From Toensbergia leucococca (taxonomy: Eukaryota): a stretch of 64,000 nt of DNA. This document shows positions 36,962 to 48,800 of this stretch, in pieces. The stretch lies in contig JALDZS010000088.1 of assembly GCA_022813965.1 (NCBI GenBank), forward strand, positions 1 through 64,000, in the 5' to 3' direction. The position numbers and the translations under genes were made by a program. Under the pieces are notes generated by a model that saw only the letters and a list, made by a program, of their open reading frames with translations, was not told the DNA's origin and did not search any database. Every line of letters begins with the position of its first letter. Position 1 is the stretch's first letter.

Positions 36962-38917
36962 TCAAAAAAACCCATTCCCACTCTCCAACAAACTCCGACT
37001 TGCCACAAAACTAAACCCGCCAAAAGGATCCTTATCCCTATCTCCCTCCTCCCCCCACGCAAACCCGCTCGAAAAAGTCCTCACAGGACTGACCGCCAGC
37101 TCCGTAAACTCCAACGAGAAATTCTCCGCGAGCGCTGGATCAGTAACGAGCGGTTTGATTGGTGGTTCCAACTCTCGCAACTCCAGCTTCTTCCAGTCAA
37201 TCTTACGGAAAAAACGATGCTTCTTGATGGCTTGCATGTCCCGCGGCATGCAGGCGCCCAGTCTCTTGCTAGGCTCTTTGCGAAGAAGGCGCGTGAGAAG
37301 GTCTTTGGCGTCGGCGCTGAGAAAGTATGGCAAGTTGAGTTTTTGTTTGAGGATTTTTTCCTTGGTTTTGCTTTGATTGTTGGCGCGAAAGGGGGATGAC
37401 CCTGTGAGGAGGTCGAAACCTAGGATGCCAAACGACCACCAATCGACGGCGGTGCCGTAATGTTGGTTTTGGAGAACTTCGGGGGCCATATACTCTAGTG
37501 TGCCGGCAATAGATTTACAGCGGTGTTCGCCGTCCACAGCTACTTTGCTGAGACCAAAGTCTGTGAGAAGGAGATGACCTTCTGAATCGAGAAGGCAATT
37601 CTCAGGTTTGAGATCACGGTACACAACCCCCACTGTATGGTGAAGGTGCTCGAGTGCGAGAACCATTTCAGCCATGTAGAATGCTGCAGTATCTTCTGGA
37701 AACATACGTTCTGTCAACATGCGTGAGAAGAGCTCTCCTCCTTGGGCGTACTCTAGTATTAAATAAAGTTTTTCTTGGTCTTGAAATGCATAGTAAAGCT
37801 TTACCACAAAGGGATGACGGTTGATACTTTCTAGGATAGTCCTCTCGGTTTTAGTCTGCTCCACGAGTGACTTGCGTACGGTCAAGGACGCCTTTCGGAA
37901 TTGTTTCTGCGCATACAACCTACCAGTAGCAACCTGTTTTACAAGAAGCACAGTCCCGTATGTACCTTTGCCCAGACAGCACAGAGGTTCGAAATCAGTT
38001 GCTGTCATCTTGCGGGTCACGACGTCCAGTATGATGTTTTCAACATCGGCCGCCTCCTTCTGGGATACATCAGGACTAACAAAGTCATGCTCTAATGCAA
38101 CTTCGTAGCTTGTCATGTCACCGATCTCTTCATCGCTAGGATTTTCAGAGTCTATACTTGCGCTACTAGGAGTCTCGGAGCCAAGCTTGCTTTTGTTTTT
38201 AATCAAGGAGGGTATGCTGGAGATAGGTTCGAAATCTAGAGCATTGAACTGTTGCCTAAGGGCACTGATGCCACCTGAAGATGAAGACGGACGAAGACCG
38301 GGACTACTAGTGACACTGCTGATACTATGGAAGCCTAAATCTCTCCGCTTGAAGGTAGACTCAGTAGAGAAGTCTGAGTCGTCATCGCCAGATGTAGCGG
38401 GGGTAAAACCACGGACTGTATTGAGAGCTGGTGCTGCTGCTTTATTCTGCGTCCGCTTCTTTTTTCGCATAGCTCTTCCGGTAAGGTGGTGGATTTTTGG
38501 GGTAGGTTCATCTAGTAAAGGGTCCTTGTCTTCAACATGCGTACTGCGACTTCGACTTCTAGCGGCAGCTGGTGTTATCGCAATGTCAACGGGAGGAGTT
38601 CCCGTTCCGTTCCTACTTATTTCGAGAAGTGCATTGACTGTATTGCGGGTCTCGGTGGAGTCGTTGTCTTCGCCGCAGTCAATGATGCTTTTACTATCTA
38701 GGCCATTCCTTGATTCAGTTTTTGGGACCAGAGATGCGCTTGTATATCTGTCCAAACCGAGAAAGCTAACTTCATTCAAAGATTGTGCAATTTCATCGAG
38801 TACTCCATCTTGGGATTCATCATGTTTGGCTTTAGCGGGATGACTCCCTAAGCCATAGCTCGAAGGGTGGACTGAGGGAACAAAGTGCTTATCGGCAGGG
38901 TCGAAAGCGAACATCAT
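36962..38917 (-). CDS. psk1: AGC-family Ser/Thr protein kinase, Psk1/Ypk3 (S6K-like)
   Basis: Intronless 651 aa. LGKGTYGTV, YAQK, VVYRDLKPEN, DFG, GTLEYMAPE, DWWSFG. AGC C-terminal tail with hydrophobic motif DPFGGFSFVAS. KMTATDFEPL and AQKQF are characteristic of the Psk1 clade. Confidence 0.9.
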   Translation of the reverse strand: MMFAFDPADKHFVPSVHPSSYGLGSHPAKAKHDESQDGVLDEIAQSLNEVSFLGLDRYTSASLVPKTESRNGLDSKSIIDCGEDNDSTETRNTVNALLEISRNGTGTPPVDIAITPAAARSRSRSTHVEDKDPLLDEPTPKIHHLTGRAMRKKKRTQNKAAAPALNTVRGFTPATSGDDDSDFSTESTFKRRDLGFHSISSVTSSPGLRPSSSSGGISALRQQFNALDFEPISSIPSLIKNKSKLGSETPSSASIDSENPSDEEIGDMTSYEVALEHDFVSPDVSQKEAADVENIILDVVTRKMTATDFEPLCCLGKGTYGTVLLVKQVATGRLYAQKQFRKASLTVRKSLVEQTKTERTILESINRHPFVVKLYYAFQDQEKLYLILEYAQGGELFSRMLTERMFPEDTAAFYMAEMVLALEHLHHTVGVVYRDLKPENCLLDSEGHLLLTDFGLSKVAVDGEHRCKSIAGTLEYMAPEVLQNQHYGTAVDWWSFGILGFDLLTGSSPFRANNQSKTKEKILKQKLNLPYFLSADAKDLLTRLLRKEPSKRLGACMPRDMQAIKKHRFFRKIDWKKLELRELEPPIKPLVTDPALAENFSLEFTELAVSPVRTFSSGFAWGEEGDRDKDPFGGFSFVASRSLLESGNGFF

Positions 38918-39663
38918 TGCAATGGAGAGTATAGATATCCTGATCTATAGAAAATGGAAGCATTCGTATAAGTTTCGTAGGTTTAGAGACCCAATAGCAA
39001 ATATAGATTGCTAAATAGTGCCAACGATACGTCAGTGTCATTTGAGTTACGAATAACACACGGCATACCTAAGAATACTACTGTGATATTACCGTCCGCC
39101 CATTCAGGACGGACTCTCCGCCAGTAGCCGCACAGCACCGCCGATACCTATTTGAGGAGGATGGTCAGATGGGTCCAGTGCATTGACACGCGTAGAGATC
39201 TTGTATCCCGGAATGGAGGATGTGGTGTTGAAAAAAAGAGCAGGTTGTTTGGATGGACCCATAGATGATGAGTAATATGAGAAGGGATTGTTTGTATTCT
39301 GAGGACTCGATGCGACAAATGTCAGGTAGGTAGTGAAGTTGCAGATGGTGGCACTTTCCAAATGCAGCCTCTGGGTAAATTTGTAAATAAACTAAGCAAT
39401 ATTACTCCGTACCTAGTGTAAATATGGTAATCTATGATCCAGAGCCAGCTGCCAGCCACGCCAGCCTCCAGCGCACTTGGTATTCTAGCGATCTGTCGTT
39501 CTAAAATGCGAAACTTCAACGCACAATTCGCGCTTTAGGCTTCATCTTGCAAAATACAATGAAGGCATTGCTCTACGTTCTAGTCTAATGGTGACCTGTT
39601 TTAGTACAGATTTTCTGCTCGCCCGTGGCTAGTTCAGGGATGCTATTGACTTTAGAGAACATA

Positions 39664-42600
39664 TCAAGGAGACATGGAGTCCCGTCTCCACTTCTTTCTC
39701 CGTCGTTTAGGGAAATAAGCAGGGACCTCCATATTGATTTCCTTATCTGCCAGCCCAAACTTCCTGTACATAGCCACTCCCCATTCCAATAGACCAACCT
39801 CTGCTGATTGTGGCGAGTTGTCATCCGTGTTCTTTGCTTCGTGTATGTTGCTTGAATCATTGGACTCCAGCCCTTGACCTTCAGAGTTGGCGTTAGATTG
39901 TGAAGACACGTGGCTTACCGTACCCCCCCTATCCTCAATGTGACCATCATCTCGCTTTTTGTTTGCTATTGGGTACATGATGGTACGAATGGTTTGCAAG
40001 TTTGGCTCCACAACTATTTCAGGACCATCGGAGTGCGGCTTGGCTTGTAAAGTAATATTTGATTCATCAGACTTCGGACTCTGGCACCACGTCTCCCACA
40101 TTTGTTTTCCCATAAGGCTTCCCCGACTGTCAACGACTCCTTCTAGTAGTATATTGAATGCATCAACAGCTATACTGGTGGTTGCATGAGCTTGGCCCGT
40201 ATCGCTGACAAAGTCTGAGGCGATGGTAGCTAAATGACCGGGGATAGTCATGAGGATCCGACTGATCTGATTGAGTGTTCTGATCTGTGACATATCGCGA
40301 GGTTCAGATGGATCTCGAACAACAGTATATTCTCCATTGAGCAAACTTCGCAGAATTTTACGTGCTTGAAAAAGCGATTTAGAGACTTGTGCGTCTGCGG
40401 CATCTTTTCTTTCTAATAGGAGGATGGCTTTAGCAGCAACCATGACATCGGACTCTCTCCAGGTCATCCCCTGTTTTGTCTTAAGCAGCAATAATATATC
40501 CTTGACAGAGTTCCATTTGCCAAGAGCTATTTGGCAATGCAAAAGGGCCCGCAGGTTTTCCTCTGAAAGTGGAGACTGCAAACTCCGAGTGACCGTCGCG
40601 AGCATGTTAGCGTCTACAGTCGCAGAGGCAAATCGAAGTAGAGGGGCCTGAAGGTTCGGTGATGAGTAAAGTTTAGGAGGGTTGACAGTACCATCACCGT
40701 ATATAAGCCGGTGTGCTATTTCAAAAAGTTTGGCATCTGTTAAAAGGTCAAGAAACGCTGCCAAAGTACCAACTGGAATTTGGGAATAAAACCCTGAAAT
40801 ATCAATCCGTGTATCATGGGCAGTCAATCGTGAGCCATCATGGTCTTCGTAGTGCTCAATACCTCCCGCGAATTCCTGGATAGACTTGTTGCGATTCGTG
40901 TCGACTAAATCTTGCAATTTTCTAAATGTGCGAAGAGCACCTTGCACGTTACCTTGGCGTGAGTAGATTTGCAGAGTTCTGTGTAGAAGGCCTAGGCTGG
41001 CAGCAGATTGATAGGCAACATGACCTTGAGCCGCAGATCCGGGAGCACTTGGAGAGTTGGGTACCTCTGTTTCTTTCCGATACGTTGGTGCGAGATGCAA
41101 GGTACGTTCCATCACCTCGGGCTCAACTTCGGGGTTGAAAGCATTAGATTCAACCATACGAAGTACTATCGAGTTCCAGGAGTTGGATTCAAGGCCATGA
41201 TTCTTGCGCTCAAGTAACTTCTTACACACATCAATATAGCGTTGAGCCAGAGCAGGAGTGTTTTCACGTGTATCCGGAGTAGATCTTATGGTATCCACTA
41301 AAGCATCGATTAAGGCTGCTATGACTTCGCTGCTGATGGTGCGTGGGCCCATTTCTACGAAAGGTGGGTCTGCGCTATAGCCTTCTATGCTCCCTACAGC
41401 TCCACCTGTGCGATCTTTTACGCGTTCCCAGTCAACTCGAGCAGTTTCCAGTTGATTGGATGTCGACGGCTCTTGTATAGCGTCCCAACTAATGAGCGAC
41501 CATGCTTGATCACCCGAGCGTTTTTCCATTTCCGTAATGATCCAAGCAGCTTCATTGATCCAACCTCCTTCAATGCAGCACCAAAGGACAAGCTCGAGCC
41601 ATACTTCAGTACCAAGTCCACGAATCCATAACCTGTACGTAGCCCTAGGCAGTTCATGGCCTTTATAGTAGTACATTTCGCCCACTGATTCGGCCTCTGC
41701 TATGACCTCTTGCTCCTGGGCTCTCCATACAGCATCGGATAAAGCTATTAAAATACGAGAGGATAGTAGATGAAGAGTCGGTGGCCTTCGAAGAACGGAT
41801 GGATCCTTAGCTGGGGCATAGTTATAGATTGTATAAGGAACAGAATTCGTATGGTGGAGTTCAGCGATAATTTCACGGACGTGAAACATGATAAGCTCAG
41901 CATCCTCTGGCGGACGATCCGCTGCTTCCAGGATCATGGAACCAGCACTTTGCCATATCTGCCGTAGACTATTATGTTTTGTATAGATACTAGCGAAATC
42001 TGACGCAGTCTCTGCCTGTCCTTCAGGTTTGGTGAGTCTATCAAGTCCAGGAAACGATTTACCAGAGGGCTCAATGTAATCGTTGGTCTGCATTGCACCC
42101 TTCGTAAGCTCGTCTAACGACCTAGAGGTGGGCCATAAATCGGTATGCAGTGTTTCCAAGCACAGTTGAGCGGATTTTTGACGAGAGTCTTGGCTCAACA
42201 TGGCCTTGATCAACCATATAACAGCACGCCATCTTCCTTGATGTACACCGAGATGGGTGAGCAAGTCTAGGTTCAAGCGCTGGGTTTTCCGAGCCTTGGA
42301 TAACAATTGATAAAGGGTGTGAATAGACTGAACACCCTCAAAGCTCAACAATTTCTCGTCCCTGCCCTTAGATCGTAAGCCCAAAGGTAAATATGGCTCG
42401 AGTAGGAGCACCCAAGCTTCTGGGTCGCGCCGGGGATGCAGTGTCTGAGCGTCCTTGTTCTCGACTGCGGTGCTACCATCTTCGGGTTGACTACTGGTAA
42501 GCTGCTCTATAAAGATAGAAGCATAGCGTCGGTGCCGTGATAATGAGATAAAAGAGAAGGGGTTTGTAGCAGAAGGTGCGAGAAATACGGGTATTGGCGT

Positions 42601-42756
42601 TGCTCTAGTATTTCCAACATTGAAGACGCGGGTAAAGGTTTGTACGGCAGAAAAGTGTTCGGTGCCTCGCATTGCGTGTGATACTATTAGTACCTTAGGT
42701 ACCTTTGGCTTGGTACGGAGTAGAAATTGAATTCTCACAGTGGCTGCCGTCCGCAT
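39664..42756 (-). CDS. Large alpha-solenoid, pentatricopeptide-repeat-like protein, probably mitochondrial
   Basis: Uninterrupted ORF of about 1030 aa from ATG 42756. Basic presequence-like N-terminus. Degenerate PPR-like helices (TLQIYSRQGNVQGALRTFRKL, RALLHCQIALGKWNSV, AFNILLEGVV..G...GKQMW, EPNLQTIRTIM). Confidence 0.7.
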   Translation of the reverse strand: MRTAATVRIQFLLRTKPKVPKVLIVSHAMRGTEHFSAVQTFTRVFNVGNTRATPIPVFLAPSATNPFSFISLSRHRRYASIFIEQLTSSQPEDGSTAVENKDAQTLHPRRDPEAWVLLLEPYLPLGLRSKGRDEKLLSFEGVQSIHTLYQLLSKARKTQRLNLDLLTHLGVHQGRWRAVIWLIKAMLSQDSRQKSAQLCLETLHTDLWPTSRSLDELTKGAMQTNDYIEPSGKSFPGLDRLTKPEGQAETASDFASIYTKHNSLRQIWQSAGSMILEAADRPPEDAELIMFHVREIIAELHHTNSVPYTIYNYAPAKDPSVLRRPPTLHLLSSRILIALSDAVWRAQEQEVIAEAESVGEMYYYKGHELPRATYRLWIRGLGTEVWLELVLWCCIEGGWINEAAWIITEMEKRSGDQAWSLISWDAIQEPSTSNQLETARVDWERVKDRTGGAVGSIEGYSADPPFVEMGPRTISSEVIAALIDALVDTIRSTPDTRENTPALAQRYIDVCKKLLERKNHGLESNSWNSIVLRMVESNAFNPEVEPEVMERTLHLAPTYRKETEVPNSPSAPGSAAQGHVAYQSAASLGLLHRTLQIYSRQGNVQGALRTFRKLQDLVDTNRNKSIQEFAGGIEHYEDHDGSRLTAHDTRIDISGFYSQIPVGTLAAFLDLLTDAKLFEIAHRLIYGDGTVNPPKLYSSPNLQAPLLRFASATVDANMLATVTRSLQSPLSEENLRALLHCQIALGKWNSVKDILLLLKTKQGMTWRESDVMVAAKAILLLERKDAADAQVSKSLFQARKILRSLLNGEYTVVRDPSEPRDMSQIRTLNQISRILMTIPGHLATIASDFVSDTGQAHATTSIAVDAFNILLEGVVDSRGSLMGKQMWETWCQSPKSDESNITLQAKPHSDGPEIVVEPNLQTIRTIMYPIANKKRDDGHIEDRGGTVSHVSSQSNANSEGQGLESNDSSNIHEAKNTDDNSPQSAEVGLLEWGVAMYRKFGLADKEINMEVPAYFPKRRRKKWRRDSMSP

Positions 42757-42991
42757 GACGAAATCGGTAGGGCTGATGCTCGTCGCGTACTCGTACGAAG
42801 TACTGATGCGCTTCCTCAATTTCCCTCCTGCCCATTCCACTTATTAAGTCTAGGTACTACCTGCATTTCCTAAGATCGTTAATCTCTTGTTGTGAAGTGG
42901 AAATAGGCAAGTCCTTCAATCGTAAATTAGTCCAGAAAACTAACCTTTTCCCAGAACCTGGGACTGAAAGGAACCATCAACAGCACCAGAT

Positions 42992-44523
42992 ATGCCCTAT
43001 CGTGTTGGTAGGTAATTCCATGCTTGCATACTAACCCGTTTTCTTATCCCCATTTGTTTGAATCAGAAGCTTCGCTTTACAAAACTGTTGAGGATCCATC
43101 TGTGCATCAATAACCGCTTTTGACAATCATCAGCTAATCATTTTCTACTCATAGAGCTTGCAAAGTCCGCTCGTGCGGGCTGCAAGAATAAGATTTGTCA
43201 AGAGGGACAAGTCAAAATCCAGAAAGGTGCCTTGAGACTTGGTACTTTGGTTGATATACAGGGAAATCAGTCTTGGTCATGGAAACACTGGTGATTATCC
43301 TTACTACCATCTCTCGCTTTGATACTAAACCTTTTATATTATAGGGGCTGTGTAACTCCGAAACAAATTGAGAATATCAAAATCACCATTGAAGATAATC
43401 TCGATTTACTCGACGGCTATGACGAGGTTCCCTCCGACATGCAAGCAACCATCAGCAAGGCTCTCGAAGACGGGCATGTTGATGATGCCGTATGGGTAGG
43501 GGTAAAGTCTTCTGTTCTCGTATCCAAATGGAGACTGTTGACATTTACCAGGACCTGGAACAAAATCGTCCTGGCAAGAAAGGGGTTCGCTCACCAGCTG
43601 CATCAAAGAAGGAACGCCACGACCAAGTAGGTTCATCTTGTGTTTGCCTTAGTATTCAGTCTTGACTACCAGAACGTGTTCCATATGCTAAATTTCCCCA
43701 GGCAGAGAATGGAGACGGCGATCTTAGCCCAACTAAGCCATTGAAAAAGAAGCGCGGCCGTGGAAAGAAAAACGATCGCGAAGAATCTAGCGAGAGCGAG
43801 AACCAAGAACCGAAGCCGAAGAGACCCAAAGCAACACCGAAGAAGGGCAAAAAGGCCATTGTCGACGATGCTGAAAAGGCCGTACCCGAGCCGGAAGCGG
43901 AGACGGTGAAAGAGGCTGAGGCGGTCCTGTCTAAAAAGGGTCGTAAGCAAGGGAGACCCACTAAAACCAAGCCAGAGAATGGCGTAGAGCCACTCAAGGA
44001 AGAGGGTAGCGATGTGGAAGCCGCTCCAGAGCCTGTTGCAAAAAAAAGCCGTGCTCCACGAAAGGCAAGAGCAGTCAAGGTAGACAATGGTGTAGACCCA
44101 GTCAAGGAAGAAGGTAGCGATGTGGGGCCCGCTTCAGAGCCTGTTATGCAAAAGACTCGTGCCCCAAGAAAGGCAAGAGCAGCCAAGAATGCCAAAGTTG
44201 ATTATAACGAGTCCGAATCGGGAGGGGAACCATCTGAAGTCGAAGAGGTAGACACGAAGCCGAAGGCTCGAAAGAAGGCTACTGGCGATGGTTTGAATGG
44301 CACGGCAAAGTCAAAGAAGAAGATCGCGAACGACTCAAAATTCGAGGTAAGCAAATCACTTCTGCTATGAGGATGTACTTTTACTAATTACTCATATTTA
44401 GGCTGGAGATGCAGGTGAAGTAGATAAGTATGCTTTTCTTCAGAATTCAATCTACCGGTGCTAATTTATGTCAGACCGAAGCAGATCACTAAAAGAGCCC
44501 CACGTTCTAAGGCAACAACATGA
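42992..44523 (+). CDS. PARP-type zinc finger (zf-PARP) protein with a Lys/Glu-rich tail, multi-exon
   Basis: Spliced MPYRVELAKSARAGCKNKIC...KIQKGALRLG...WKHWGCVTPKQ matches the zf-PARP C-C-H-C pattern, followed by LDGYDE...GHV. Long charged tail (ORF 43741-44370). The last exons are less certain. Confidence 0.87.
43969..44184 (+). repeat. Two-copy 108-bp coding tandem repeat in the zf-PARP tail
   Basis: KPENGVEPLKEEGSDVEAAPEPVAKKSRAPRKARAV and KVDNGVDPVKEEGSDVGPASEPVMQKTRAPRKARAA. Confidence 0.88.
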
Positions 44524-45818
44524 GAACTTAGCCTACCTATGTCTCATATGACACCGGCTTGCAAACAAATCGGGATCTAAGTAGCCAGTGGTTGCTATAT
44601 CAATACGAGCGACCACAAACTCGAAAGGCAAGAAGGTATCCTATGACTGCCACCCCGTGGCTTACTCTAAACTTTGCTTGCGGTGTGTACGGATTCTTTT
44701 TATTTCATACTGGTACAGCTTCGCCATCATATACCCCCTTAGTCGGCGCTGTCACTTTCATCTGCAAGTGTTCTACAAATTGCTGCTAAGCCACTTAGAG
44801 GGACTACGTCCAATCTGTTCACCATAGGCGTGCGGCATTAGTACCCCAAGGTACGCAAATAGTTCTACCGTCTACAGGCCTTGGTGTATCTCCTTAGACA
44901 GCCTTTGAAGATATAACAGACATTACGGTCAAGGATGGTGCTTTGCATCTAAAAGGGTAGGTAACGCTGCGCCATCTTCAATCCAACTTGCCATACACAT
45001 GGTAGCATATTAGACATACCAAAGGTAGGCATGCTACTGTATCCATAATGACTTGGTAGCTCAATTTTGAGGCTGCACATGAATTGAGGGATAAAAAGTC
45101 CTTCTCCTCCCTCTCGGCCTAGTCTTCAATTGTCGAATATCTAGCCTAGGTAGGTCACATCACGTACCAGACCTCAGCCCTTTTGACTCGGTCTCCGGCC
45201 CTTTGCATTCTAGGAGTGAAGATCTAATCCTCTAAGCGTTTAAATTCACTGCGCGAAGGCTAATGCAACGACATTGACACAATGCAGTACCTTAAAGACC
45301 ATTCCTCGCATGGAGTGGAGCCATGACTTGAAGCGTTCCACTACCTGCTATCCTAAGAGAGAGAAAGAGAGCCTTTCACCTACCCTGTTCCTACTTAATC
45401 AACAGAAACCATCGCGCCTTACTTCATTGTTCTGACAAGCTCTTCCTTGACTTTACCACTCCGCTTCTACCAGATAGCTTTGCCTCCACCATCACATCTG
45501 ATGCTAGACTGTGCGCAAATTCTACCCCAACACCTCTTCCGTCAAGGTCTGTCGTGTTGACAGTAGAGTTCTCTTACTGCTACAGCACACAGCCTGCTTC
45601 CAGTTGAAAGAAATACCACTGATGTTACATTTGTCGCACCATACGCCGTGAAAGCGCCGTCAAATGGCCGAATACATCAGATCATACTTCATCTGATAAA
45701 AACCCATTTCAGTGTTGTCGGCGGCTTGTACTTAATCAGACCTCTTTTGAATTGAGTCTGGTTGTTCTTCTGAGACCATCGTAGTTCGTCGTCACTCAAG
45801 ATAAGAGGGTCAGATCTC

Positions 45819-48800
45819 ATGATCGCTTTGCCTGCCATGGCTATGTACCCAGTACTTGGCGAGTCTTCTTTAACACGTCTATCCACTGCATTTAGATTGA
45901 AGCTGACTCTGCACACTTTGCATTCCAGATATCCCAATTTCGATCCCTCTTTCTACGAGTAGGTACAGCACAGATATTCATGCAGATCACCTCAGAGGAT
46001 CCTCGCTTGCGAAGAAACCTGTTTCGAAGCTATGCTCGGCGTATTTACGTGGGTTCTGTCGTCAGGGAGACAATTGTCCTCGAAGTCACGACATCTGTGA
46101 GGTCGCAGATGAGAAGCCCAGACTTAGCGGAATACGTACTTCACCCAGCTCCCCGAATACATTTTCTTTAGCGCCAAGGACACTTCAACTAGACCAATGC
46201 CCTTTTGAAGATGATGGCCCTGGACATTTGGCGAGCGGTGGAGTACGACACGATAACGACCACGAGGATATTCGACTGGTCAAAATATTGCCAACGACAG
46301 ATGAGATTCTTTGTCTTCGACGGCCATATATGCCGTCAAAAGATATTCAAACGCAACATCACTTACCGCCTGGTCAGTCACGGCTGTTAGATATTCATTT
46401 TCGACAATTGCGATATGAGAGTACAGAGGTTATAATTGATGCGTGCTATCATGCAACCCAGCAACTAGTCACTTGTGGACAAGATGGTCCCGTTCTCGAT
46501 TATGATGACCGACAAAGCACCCTAAAAGGCGTTCAGTACTCACTTTTTCGAGATGTTGAGTTTGAAGAACTCATATTTCATGAGTCTAAGGGCATCATCG
46601 TCCGAGTCAGCTTCGCCTGCCCGAGAGCGTTGCGTGGTAGGGGCATGCATGCGTCTGGCCACTTTGAGCATGGAAAGCTCATAGCGCTAATCGGTTTTGA
46701 TGCACAACAAAGAACAATCTCCACAACTTTTTTCGACGTCCATTTACGTCAAAGCACGGAGGCCATGAGACCTCGAACCGGCAACGAGCTTCGAGGTCAG
46801 TATTCTTCATGTATACATGCCTTTTTTCTTTTGACTTACTGGAAACAGCATCAGTTCAGGTTTCTTTTGCAGATAAAAACGACACTGACGGTGTAAGACG
46901 AATGCTCTATCAAATGGAACACCTGGTGTCAGCCAAATTTGTCCTCGTGGAATTCCCAGGAGTTTTGCTTCCTGGCTTTTCGTGGTGCCTAGCACAACTT
47001 CAAAATTCCTTGGGAACCACTGCAATAGCATTTTCGTCATACATAGCTCCGCCTGTTGATTCAATACGCCCACCAATTGTTCCCCCCAGCTATGCCAGTG
47101 CAGACAATTTCGCATTCGACCTACACACACTTAAGAAAGCAACCGAATCTGAGCAGTCATCTCAATTCAGCCTGAAGCCAAGTGACTTGGCATCTGATCA
47201 GAAGCAATTGAAAGTAATGACGGATGCGTTGAGCGTCTCAACAACTCTAGATAATGGTCAAGCAGTCGCGCTGTGTGAGAACTTGTGTCGGGGCTTGGCT
47301 TTCACACAGGGGCCGCCGGGCACTGGCAAAACCTACCTCGGGGTTTCACTTTGTAAAGTGATTCTTGAATCACGAGACAGAAGGGAGCCAAAGCCGATTT
47401 TGGCAGTCTGCATGACCAATCATGCGCTTGACAATTTCCTAGAAGATCTACTAAAAGAAGGGATCACCAAAATCACTCGATTGGGAGCAGGTAGCAAAGA
47501 GGATTGGACCAAGCAGTATTTGCTGAAAGAACAGAGCAAAAAGACGAGAATGACTGAGATTGAGCGTTCCAGGATCCGAGCCGCTCATTTAAATGAGGAA
47601 GGTTAGTTCAGACACTTTGATCGCACGATGCATCCGGTTCCTAATATCATGTCACGGCAGGATGGATTAACGAGGGCCGGAGCTGGTGCGAATCAATAGG
47701 CAACGATTCTCTTAGTTGGATTTCAATTCGTGCCCACTTACGATCGAACTATAGATTGATATTTGATCACTTTACTAGCCTTGAGGCAGTTGGGGAACGT
47801 CTCTCGGATATAAGGCTAGCACGTCAAGCTGGAGGATTTGCGTTTGAGTACTGGTGCCGAGGTGGTGATATCAGTGACGTCGACCAGCTGTTGGACGTAT
47901 TTGGTACTATGCTTGGGGTGAACAACCCATTGGGTGAAATTGATGAATTTCAACAAAACGCAAGAGATAGAGTGCTAGCGTCTATAACCCGTAATGCAAA
48001 ACGGATCGAAAACATCAACGCTGGAATTGATCTCTGGGGACTACCACGACAAGAACGAGAAAGTCTTATGAGAAAGTGGAAAGCCGAAGTCAATCCATGG
48101 GCGATTGTCGATCGGACTGCCGAAGTTCACCGCCGTCATCAGGCTGCACGGGATTTGAAGCGGAAAGAATATCAGGCAATTGAAATGAGATGCATGATGC
48201 AACGTAAGACCAGCTTCTACTTTGATGTCTAAATTACTTAATCTTTCATAGAAGATGTGATTGGTTTAACGACGACAGCATGCGCAAGCCACTGGCATTT
48301 GTTGAACCAATTGGGATTACAGACAGTCATCTGCGAAGAGGCTGGAGAAGTGATGGAGGCACAAACACTGTGCACTCTTTTTCCTTCGGTAGAACACGCA
48401 ATATTCATTGGGGATCCTTTACAGCTGAGGTGGATCATACTGTGTCATACTGTTTCCCAAAATGGTGCTAATAAGAGAGATAGACCTCAAGTCACTCAAA
48501 CGTCGTTGTCTGTAGAGAGTAATCATGGGGCAGCATATCGACTTGACGAATCGCTGTTCGAAAGAATGATGTTCCCATCTACCCCTGGTATTTTGCCGGC
48601 CCCGACTTCGCAACTAAATCTCCAGCGGCGCATGCATCCTGATATTGCGGATATTTCAAGGGCTACGATGTATCCTTATCTCAAGGTAAGTTGAGCGTCA
48701 CTCATCTTTGTACGCCAATTTTTAATCGCGGCACTCTAGGATCATGAATCAACTTACCAACACCCTCCCGTTGCTGGCATGGTTGATCGAACCTTCTGGT

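Noticed and set aside
38115..38843. 242-aa antisense ORF inside psk1, and similar antisense ORFs in other genes
   Set aside because: Shadow frames of real CDSs with no recognisable motifs.
12484..38917. Ifh1-like and Psk1/S6K-like genes (both TOR/ribosome-related) in one window
   Set aside because: They are more than 20 kb apart with unrelated genes between them, so there is no evidence of a functional cluster.
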